A DNA stretch of 32,000 bases from Desulfotalea psychrophila LSv54 (lineage in GTDB: Bacteria; Desulfobacterota; Desulfobulbia; Desulfobulbales; Desulfocapsaceae): contig NC_006138.1 in NCBI RefSeq assembly GCF_000025945.1, positions 270,001 through 302,000 of the forward strand, given 5' to 3'. Of the stretch, positions 17,388 to 24,591 are shown one piece after another. Within the stretch, counting starts at the first letter, position 1. Every line of letters starts with the position of its first letter. Under the pieces are notes generated by a model. The model saw nothing but the letters and a program-made list of their open reading frames with translations. It was not told the origin of the DNA and did no database searches. The translations under genes were made by a program, and so were the position numbers.

Positions 17388-17603
17388 CTACTTATCCTCC
17401 AGCAGATGCTCTACCTGATTCATCTTGCCACCGGCCAGACTCTCGGAGATAAAAACCATATTACACTGGGGACATACCGGCAGGGCAACGTTAAAGAGAG
17501 AGTCGAGATACTCTAACTCCACCGGTTTATAGACCAGATCTACCCCACAGGCCGAACATTTCCAACCAGCCGCATCGGCTTCCGCTACCTTAATTAAACT
17601 CAT
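17388..17603 (-). CDS. small CxxC...CxxC zinc-ribbon protein (71 aa)
   Basis: It has KCSACG and CPQC pairs 25 residues apart. The ATG overlaps the upstream TGA (ATGA), so it appears translationally coupled. Confidence 0.6.
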   Translation of the reverse strand: MSLIKVAEADAAGWKCSACGVDLVYKPVELEYLDSLFNVALPVCPQCNMVFISESLAGGKMNQVEHLLEDK

Positions 17604-19846
17604 GCCTGACCTCCTCTGATACGCATACGATGACTCCAGGTATTATGGACAAGATAGCCCTCAGCCAGCCTCTCAAACTCCACCCAATAGGTGACCAGGG
17701 TGGGTCGATAGGAGGCGAGCAGATGACCTGTCTCACTGTGAACAAAGGCCTTGCCGCTCTCCTCGACCTGAAGCAGGACCTTTTGCATGTCCGATTTTAG
17801 AATTCGACGCTCCTCCATGATCCTCTCCGCCTCCTCGGTAAAGAAGACCTGCACCTGAGAAAAACGCTCCACCCTGCTGGTATCCTCCTCGGCCCAGAGA
17901 TCTTGCAAGAGCCCCTCCTTCAGATGGGCACGATTCTCTCGACGGGCAGAAAAGCCCGGAGAGGGACGTCCGGCAGGATCGCTCTCACTTGGAAAAATAA
18001 GGTCATAAAAGTGCATGGCCCGTTTACCATTTTTGACCAGCATATCACGGCACATGGCACAGTAGGTGACAAAATCCTCCTCCACCGCTGCCCCACGACG
18101 AACAGCCACAGCCTTTGCCAGATCAGGATTAGCATCGGAGAGGAGACCACCATAGCCACAACACTCGGTATGCTTGCCGGTCAGCCGAGGTTCCACCACC
18201 TCGATAGAGAGGTCCTGCAAGAGGGCACGCACATCTCCCTGCAGAAGGGGGTCATGCCGGGCTGAACAGGGATCGTTGATTGCCAGGGTAGCGGCCTCAA
18301 CCCTTGCCCCTGCGGGCAGGCCAAGGGCACGAAGAATGGTCCAGTGAGAAATTATCTCCGCCTCGGGGATACCAGCCCGTAGGGTAGTAAGACAGGTGGG
18401 GCAGGAGACAATAATTTGGGGAGAGCCGAGTTCCTGCCACTGCTCCCGAATCAGGGCCATGGACTCATCCATCAGGGCCTTACGTCCGGACCACTCGGCG
18501 GGTGCACCACAGCAGGAGAGCATAAGACCAACGCTACCCAAACGATCACGCAGATCCTGATAGGCCCGCTCCACCGCCCCAGGATTTGAAGCAGTCAGCT
18601 GACAGCCGGGAAAAAAAAGATACTCACTGCTCACCATGCCCGGGGCATGACGAACCAAGGCGCACTTCTTGCCATTGGCAAAGGCCATGTCGCGCAGGGC
18701 AAATTCATGGGCTGCCGGTGGCATCTTATTCTTTTCCACCATCCCCCGCCGGATAGTCAGACAAAAATCAGCCATGGAAAACTCTTCGGGACAGAGGGTA
18801 TCGCAGAGACCGCAGAGCATACAGGAGTTAACCATGGTATTGGCCTGACGAGTCCCCATAACAATGGCATCATTGTTATAGGCCTGACGGGCATAGACCT
18901 TGGGATAATATTTATAGTGTTTCAGATACTCACAGTTCTTAACGCACTCCATGCACTCGCACTGCAGACAGCGTTTGGCCTCGGCCCGAATCTCTTCATC
19001 GCTGTAACTTGCCTGAACAATAAGGGCGGGCACCGATTCAACATCCTCGACATTGGTATAGAGCCTTGTCTGATAGGGGCCCTCCAGCTCACGGCCTGCC
19101 ACCATGGAGACACCTTGGGTAAAGCGTACAATGGAGTTGGCGGCACGACGACCGGTGGCCGCCTGGAATATAGCCGAATCCTCAGCACAGGGAGAGGCAA
19201 AGAGACCCGGACGTAGGGTGCCCAAGGTCAGACTATCCGCTTCACCCCAAGAGGAAAGCTCCGAGGGCAGACTGTCTGAATCGACAAAGACGGCATCTGC
19301 CTCGGCAAGAAGGGCGTCGAGCAAAACCTGATCAATGCTGACATCGTGAAAACTCACCCCCAGACGGGCAAGATTTTTTATCTCAGCGGCGAGAACACCC
19401 TCGGGCAGGGAAAGAGCCAAAACCTTACCAGGCTCACCGTAGAGCCTTACCGCAAAACCTCTACGGGCCAATTCCCAGGCAGCGCAGAGACCGGTCAGTC
19501 CTGCCCCCACCACTGCCACCACCTTACCACGGGCGGGCAGAGGCCTGGGCGGATCAACAGCCCGGGCATTTTCAGCACAAAATTCCTCCAGGGAATCCAT
19601 GGCAATACTGCCACCCAAACCCTGACGAATACAATCATTTTTACAGGGACCATGACAGAGTCGTGCCAGGACACCCGGCAGGGGTAGGGTTTTGGCAAGC
19701 ACCGTCCAGGCCTTGTCCCAACGCCCCTGCCCCATCAAGGAGCAGAAACTACGCACATCCACATGAAGGGGGCAGGCTGCGGTACAACGAGGCACCTCTT
19801 CCTGCACACATTTTGCTTCCCATTCTCTGAGTTCACTCTGTTCCAT
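17600..19846 (-). CDS. multidomain flavo-iron-sulfur oxidoreductase (GltD-like N-terminus + Rossmann + 2x[4Fe-4S] + two CCG domains + unknown C-terminal domain)
   Basis: Motifs seen are CTAACPLH...CHGPCKNDC, VAVVGAGLTGLCAAWELARRG, CLQCECMECVKNC, CMLCGLCDTLCPE, FFPGCQL...SCCGAP and ECCGYGG. The track start at 19897 is TTG. The ATG at 19846 has GGGAGGGAG upstream. Confidence 0.8.
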   Translation of the reverse strand: MEQSELREWEAKCVQEEVPRCTAACPLHVDVRSFCSLMGQGRWDKAWTVLAKTLPLPGVLARLCHGPCKNDCIRQGLGGSIAMDSLEEFCAENARAVDPPRPLPARGKVVAVVGAGLTGLCAAWELARRGFAVRLYGEPGKVLALSLPEGVLAAEIKNLARLGVSFHDVSIDQVLLDALLAEADAVFVDSDSLPSELSSWGEADSLTLGTLRPGLFASPCAEDSAIFQAATGRRAANSIVRFTQGVSMVAGRELEGPYQTRLYTNVEDVESVPALIVQASYSDEEIRAEAKRCLQCECMECVKNCEYLKHYKYYPKVYARQAYNNDAIVMGTRQANTMVNSCMLCGLCDTLCPEEFSMADFCLTIRRGMVEKNKMPPAAHEFALRDMAFANGKKCALVRHAPGMVSSEYLFFPGCQLTASNPGAVERAYQDLRDRLGSVGLMLSCCGAPAEWSGRKALMDESMALIREQWQELGSPQIIVSCPTCLTTLRAGIPEAEIISHWTILRALGLPAGARVEAATLAINDPCSARHDPLLQGDVRALLQDLSIEVVEPRLTGKHTECCGYGGLLSDANPDLAKAVAVRRGAAVEEDFVTYCAMCRDMLVKNGKRAMHFYDLIFPSESDPAGRPSPGFSARRENRAHLKEGLLQDLWAEEDTSRVERFSQVQVFFTEEAERIMEERRILKSDMQKVLLQVEESGKAFVHSETGHLLASYRPTLVTYWVEFERLAEGYLVHNTWSHRMRIRGGQA

Positions 19847-19868
19847 AGTCTCCCTCCCACAAATAAGT

Positions 19869-19909
19869 ACAGGTAGTGACCTGTGCCAAATGCACAAACC
19901 ACTACCTGT
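19869..19909 (-). promoter_or_regulatory. intercistronic composite hairpin between aor and the accessory operon (attenuator, 3'-stabiliser or operator candidate)
   Basis: Perfect 10-bp inverted repeat ACAGGTAGTG (19869-19878) / CACTACCTGT (19900-19909) encloses a second 5-bp stem TGTGC/GCACA with a 5-nt loop. On the minus strand it is followed by ACTTATTTGTGGGAGGGAGACT-ATG. Confidence 0.45.
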
Positions 19910-20003
19910 CTTTTAACACCAGCTGAGGACCTCTCATAAACCTCTGAAAAGCCCTCAAATAGGGAAGCAGCAAATTAATTATCTACCTCCCTCTGCCTAT
20001 AAT

Positions 20004-22724
20004 CTACTTAGCCTGCAGACCTGCAAGAATCTTCTCAGGCAGGGCAGGAAGCTTAGTAATACGTACGCCACAGGCATTGTAGATACCATTAATAATGGCC
20101 GCATGAGGCGCAGTAAGTGGCAGCTCGCCACAACCAGATGCGCCAAATGGACCCTCGGGACGGGCAGTCTCGATATACTCAACTTCAATATCATCAGGGA
20201 TGTCCTTGATGTATGGAAAGCCAGCACCTTTCATGGTGGAGTGCTTCTTGATATCTTCGTAGTCCTCGGTGAGGGCCAGGCCAATACCCTGGGCAAGTCC
20301 ACCGTACATCTGACCATCAACGATCAATCTATTGTTGATCTTACCTACATCGGCAATCAAAGTCATCTTCTCAGCGGAAGCTTTACCGGTTTTCATATCC
20401 ACTGCCATCTCGGCAAGGAACATACCGTACATATAACAGGCAAAAGGATTACCCTGACCATTGGCATCACACTCGGTGGCAGGAGCGGTCCACTTGCCAT
20501 TATAACGAACAGGTTTTTCTGCCTCAACCATCTCGGCATAGGTCGAGAAGGTGTCCGCAGTTTTGCGCATAGCTTCAACAAGGGCATCACAACCTGCCTT
20601 AATAGCGCGACCAATAATAACCTGAGAACGGCTACCACCAGCAGGGCCACCATTGCCACAGGTACTGGTATCGTTCATAACCAGTTTAATCTGATCAGGG
20701 GTGAGACCAAGAGGACGAAGTGCCTCGTGAGCCGTACCCAAAACGCCCATATCAGCGCCCTGACCATGGTCATGCCAACAGGCAAAAACGGTTACGGTAC
20801 CATTTTCATTGAGCTCAACGTCGATTTCAGCGGTATCAGGGCCGTCAAGACCGGAACCATAAATACCGAGGGAGATACCAACACCGCGCTTGATCTCGTC
20901 GGTGGAGTTAGCAGCAACACGTTTCTTAGCTGCCTCATATTTTGGTCGCATGGTATCAAAGATCTCAGGAAGTGAATACACCTCAGGTTCCTGACCAGTT
21001 GGGGTAGTAGAACCCTTGCGATAGATATTCTTATAACGAAGATCAAAGGGGTCCATACCGATCTTCTCAGCAAGCTCATCCATCAATACCTCAGATGGAA
21101 ACTCTGTTTCAGGGGCGCCATAACCACGGAAGGCAGAGCCCCAGGCATGGTTGGTGGCAACACAACGACCATCACCGCGAATATTAGCAATATCGTAACC
21201 TGCACCAATGTACTGGGCACCACGGAGGGTGAGCAGATCACCGAACTCAGAGTAAGGACCATGATCAACAGTCCAATCAGTCTCCATTCCGAGAAGTTTA
21301 CCATCGTTATCGGCAGCCATACGCACGTTGGTGAAAAATGGAGAACGCTTACCGGTATAGGTTTGCTGTTGTTTCCAGGTGTAGTTCAAGAAAACAGCCT
21401 TGCCAGTGGCAAGACAGGCGGCACCAACCAGGGCTTCCATGGTTGGGGAGAACTTGTAACCAAAGGTACCCCCGGTGGCATTCTGAACCATAACGATGTT
21501 CTCAGGCTCAACACCAAGACCTGGAGCGATCATATAGAGATGGAGATGGAGACCAATGGATTTAGTGTGAATACAGAGTTTTCCCTCATCGTTCATAAAG
21601 GCAAAACCAACATCCGGCTCAAGAGGCATATGTGGTTGACGACCAACATAAAAATCATCCTCAACAACATGAGCTGCTGCCTCAAAGATAGGAGCAGTCT
21701 CGGCACCCTTGGCAACGTGTTGCTCAAAGTAGATATTAGGAGTTCCAGGATGAATCTCGATGGCATCATCTGCCATGGCAGCAGGAGCACTCATGTACTC
21801 AGGCAGACGTTCGAGCTCAACCTTAACCTTGGCAGCAGCAGCCTTGGCATGTTTATCGGTATCGGCACAGACGATGGCAATGGCATCACCGTACTGAAAG
21901 ACCTTCTCATCACAGAGGATAGGACGATCCCAACCATCACCCTTATTGGTGGGGAAGGTGATCAGGCCGGTAATACGGTTCTTACCTTTAACGTCCTTAT
22001 GGGTAACAATCTTCTCAACACCGGGCATTTTCTCTGCTTCGCTGGTGTCGATGGAGAGAATCTTAGCATGGGAAACCTCGGCTTGAACCAGGGCAAGTTG
22101 CAGGGTTCCAGCAGGCATCTTCAGGCCAAGGTCAGCACCAAAATCGAGGGTACCGGTTACCTTAGAGACTGAACTTGGACGTGGATATCTGGTGCCCCAG
22201 ATGCGACCATCCTCAGGAATCTTAAAGTACAGATCATTAATATCCTTATCACCACGCATAACCGCGGCAGCATCGCGAACGGCATCAACGAGTTGCTTGT
22301 AGCCTGTACAGCGACATGCATTGCGGTTTTTTTGGAACCAGTCACGAACATCATCACGGCTAGGGTTAGGATTGGATTCAATCAAGGCATAGGTAGAAAC
22401 GATGAATCCAGGTGTACAGAAACCACACTGGGCGCCACTATGGGCAATCCAGGCAACTTGAATAGGGTGGAGGTGATTTGGAGTTCCAATTCCCTCTACG
22501 GTGGTAATTACTGCATCGTTTTGCATTCGTTTCATCTTCATGGTACAAGATCGAACCAACTTGCCATCAAGAATAATAGTACAGGTACCACATTGGCCAG
22601 TACCACAACCAATTTTCACACTGGTAAGGCCCAGATTATCACGCAGTACATTGGCCAGAGATTCGTCCTTATCACAGACCACAGACTTGGCGATACCGTT
22701 AACCTGGAGATTAAGCTTAATCAT
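20004..22724 (-). CDS. mop: molybdenum aldehyde oxidoreductase, Mop type (2x[2Fe-2S] + Mo-pterin domains, no FAD domain)
   Basis: By my recollection it is collinear over its full length with Desulfovibrio gigas MOP. Motifs present are GCGTGQCGTCT, CGFCTPGF, CRCTGY, GGTFGYK and GASGCGELPL. The ATG at 22724 (MIKLNLQVNG) is preceded by AGGAGG and gives 906 aa. The track start at 22775 is further upstream. Confidence 0.92.
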   Translation of the reverse strand: MIKLNLQVNGIAKSVVCDKDESLANVLRDNLGLTSVKIGCGTGQCGTCTIILDGKLVRSCTMKMKRMQNDAVITTVEGIGTPNHLHPIQVAWIAHSGAQCGFCTPGFIVSTYALIESNPNPSRDDVRDWFQKNRNACRCTGYKQLVDAVRDAAAVMRGDKDINDLYFKIPEDGRIWGTRYPRPSSVSKVTGTLDFGADLGLKMPAGTLQLALVQAEVSHAKILSIDTSEAEKMPGVEKIVTHKDVKGKNRITGLITFPTNKGDGWDRPILCDEKVFQYGDAIAIVCADTDKHAKAAAAKVKVELERLPEYMSAPAAMADDAIEIHPGTPNIYFEQHVAKGAETAPIFEAAAHVVEDDFYVGRQPHMPLEPDVGFAFMNDEGKLCIHTKSIGLHLHLYMIAPGLGVEPENIVMVQNATGGTFGYKFSPTMEALVGAACLATGKAVFLNYTWKQQQTYTGKRSPFFTNVRMAADNDGKLLGMETDWTVDHGPYSEFGDLLTLRGAQYIGAGYDIANIRGDGRCVATNHAWGSAFRGYGAPETEFPSEVLMDELAEKIGMDPFDLRYKNIYRKGSTTPTGQEPEVYSLPEIFDTMRPKYEAAKKRVAANSTDEIKRGVGISLGIYGSGLDGPDTAEIDVELNENGTVTVFACWHDHGQGADMGVLGTAHEALRPLGLTPDQIKLVMNDTSTCGNGGPAGGSRSQVIIGRAIKAGCDALVEAMRKTADTFSTYAEMVEAEKPVRYNGKWTAPATECDANGQGNPFACYMYGMFLAEMAVDMKTGKASAEKMTLIADVGKINNRLIVDGQMYGGLAQGIGLALTEDYEDIKKHSTMKGAGFPYIKDIPDDIEVEYIETARPEGPFGASGCGELPLTAPHAAIINGIYNACGVRITKLPALPEKILAGLQAK

Positions 22725-22799
22725 GAATTGTATTCCTCCTAAGTGTTTCATTGCCTTGCATGTTACGACCATCAAGATGAGGCACGTAACTCAAAAATA

Positions 22800-23816
22800 C
22801 TACTTTCCAAAGGGGCAGGTGGGATAATGGCACACTTCACATGTTGCACAAAAACCACCATGTCCCATGGCTACAATATCTTCACGGGTAACCTCAACCC
22901 CTGCCAGCAGACGGGGCACAACCAGATCAAAAATACTGGCCCGATAGTACATAACGCAGCCTGGGAGTCCCAGAATCGGGATACCGTCCCTGACTGCGAG
23001 CATAAACATCACGCCAGGAAAAGTGGGAGAACCATATGTAATAACCTCGGCCCCGGTGGCTCGGATTGCGGTGGGGGTCTGGTCGTCGGGATCAACGGAC
23101 ATACCGCCTGTCACCACCACCATTTCAGCGCCTTCAGCAATGGCATCTAAAATCTCATCACGGGTCATGATGGGATCATCTGAGCTGAACCGTTGCTCCA
23201 TAACCGTGGAACCGAGTTTTGCAAATTTTTCACGAATAACAGGGCCGAACTTATCCTGAATACGACCGTGATAGACCTCGCTGCCCGTGGTTACCACACC
23301 AACTTTATGGTGGATAAAGGGACGGATGCCGACCACGTAGGGATATTCAGCACATATTGCCTCCACACGCTCAATCTTCTCCTCATCTATAACAAGGGGA
23401 ACAACCCTGGTGCCGGCAACGGCTCGGGCTTCGGTCACCTGCTGGCCACTGTGCATGGTGGCAAGCACGACCTCCTCAATGGAGTTAATACGATTGAGGG
23501 CTTCAACATTGATATCAAGCAGACCGGGACTGGCCTCAAAGTTCACTCGACCTTCGCTGACGTCGGAAAGGGTAATACCGGGACCAAAGGCTGCCTTGGC
23601 GATACGCTCGGCTGCCTCGTTTTCATGAATGCGGCCTTTTTCCATATCCAATACAAAAATATGTTCTTTGCCAATTTCAAGCAGGGTGGGAATATCTTCT
23701 TCAGTTACAACATGACCCTTCTTAAAGGCAGGTCCCTTGCACTCTCCGGGAACAATTCTGGTCATATCATGGCATAGAACCATGCCAATAGCTTCTTGCA
23801 CAGGAACAGTATTCAT
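22800..23816 (-). CDS. molybdopterin-binding (MoCF_biosynth / MoaB-Mog-like domain) protein with Cys-rich C-terminus
   Basis: The central segment VGVVTTGSEVYHGRIQDKFGPVI...VVTGGMSVDPDD is typical of the MoCF-binding fold. The C-terminal tail is FCATCEVCHYPTCPFGK. The track start at 23912 is TTG. The ATG at 23816 (MNTVPVQEA) has GGAGAG upstream. Confidence 0.7.
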   Translation of the reverse strand: MNTVPVQEAIGMVLCHDMTRIVPGECKGPAFKKGHVVTEEDIPTLLEIGKEHIFVLDMEKGRIHENEAAERIAKAAFGPGITLSDVSEGRVNFEASPGLLDINVEALNRINSIEEVVLATMHSGQQVTEARAVAGTRVVPLVIDEEKIERVEAICAEYPYVVGIRPFIHHKVGVVTTGSEVYHGRIQDKFGPVIREKFAKLGSTVMEQRFSSDDPIMTRDEILDAIAEGAEMVVVTGGMSVDPDDQTPTAIRATGAEVITYGSPTFPGVMFMLAVRDGIPILGLPGCVMYYRASIFDLVVPRLLAGVEVTREDIVAMGHGGFCATCEVCHYPTCPFGK

Positions 23817-23990
23817 AGGTAATATCTCTCCATCTTCTATCCAACCATCAACGACAATTCTGTACCCGACAAATCTGACATACAAATGCAGTGAAAAAAG
23901 CACAGAGTTCAATACATTTTACCTGTAAAAATGCAGTAAAAAATTCGCCTGCTAAAAAAGCAAGATTCATTCTTATTTTGTCGAGGTAAA

Positions 23991-24156
23991 AAGGCATCAG
24001 ATTTGACTAGTGGCATGCTCTACAGCAAGAAACAGGCAAAGTATTACTAATATATGCCTTACTTAACTGGCAATAAAAAGCCTGGAGGCAACGACCTGCC
24101 AAGAGGCGAAAGCCCAGACAAAACCGAATATACGCCATTACTCTTAGCAGAGGCAT
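23991..24156 (-). promoter_or_regulatory. candidate structured leader RNA element with mutually exclusive pairings
   Basis: AAGGCAT (23991-23997), ATGCCTT (24054-24060) and AGGCAT (24151-24156) allow the middle segment to pair with either neighbour. The 24054-24156 segment encloses several short GC stems (GGC/GCC, GGCA/TGCC, CTGG/CCAG). T-runs follow on the minus strand. Confidence 0.25.
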
Positions 24157-24450
24157 CCGACCCTGTCAACCACAACCATAAATTTACCCACGCAACTCCT
24201 TTATTTTCATATCTTATCGAGATTACAGCTTTTTAATCTCGGACAACTAACCAAAAATAACCATGGATAACAAACCTTACCCCTCGACTGACAAAAACAA
24301 GCTCAAAGCCAAATATGATGTTAGGAAATGACCTTTCGCCTGGCAGGCAATAGCACCTGCTCCTGCCAAGCAAACAGGCACTACCTGACCGTTCGTAAAT
24401 TAAAGCTCCTGAAGAATTTCTGGGCAGGTAAAAGACGAAAGGATAATCAC

Positions 24451-24479
24451 TTGACCCTCCATTTTTTTTAAGATAGAGT
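24451..24479 (+). promoter_or_regulatory. sigma70-like promoter candidate for the FAD-protein gene
   Basis: TTGACC (24451-24456), a 17-nt spacer, then TAGAGT (24474-24479), about 110 nt upstream of the ATG at 24592. Confidence 0.35.
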
Positions 24480-24591
24480 TATGGGTTGCCCTTTTGCATG
24501 CCATACCCGCGCTACGGGCAGAGGTGCCCAAGGATACCAATCAAAGAACATTCTCCTTGGCACAACGACAAAAATTCTCTGGAGTGAAAAA

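Noticed and set aside
20103-22742. Long + strand ORFs (290, 341 and 149 aa) antisense to mop
   Set aside because: They are antisense shadow frames of a 906-aa gene that is collinear with D. gigas MOP. Their composition is rich in Thr, Gly, Asn and Ile and shows no motifs.
24087-24102. Sigma54-like TGGCA-N-TTGC on the minus strand (TTGGCAGGTCGTTGCC), and a similar TGGCAGGCAATAGCA on the + strand at 24341-24355
   Set aside because: In both cases the GG-to-GC spacing is one nucleotide shorter than the TGGCAC-N5-TTGC consensus. The first is also better explained as a hairpin stem (GGCA/TGCC).
24054-24236. 60-aa + strand ORF in the long leader
   Set aside because: It has no SD, a low-complexity translation, and it overlaps the structured element. 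It is probably non-coding.
24379-24389. CACTACCTG shared between the long leader and the right arm of the 19900-19909 hairpin
   Set aside because: By rough estimate, a 9-nt match between two intergenic regions of this size is expected by chance about as often as not. No second half-site is present at 24379.
23817-24591. Moco riboswitch and ModE operator upstream of the Mo-enzyme genes
   Set aside because: I looked for them because of the gene content. GCCTCCAGGC and CGTATATT resemble parts of the respective consensus sequences as I remember them. I could not assemble a full motif by eye, so they are reported only as an unclassified structured leader and need a covariance-model search.
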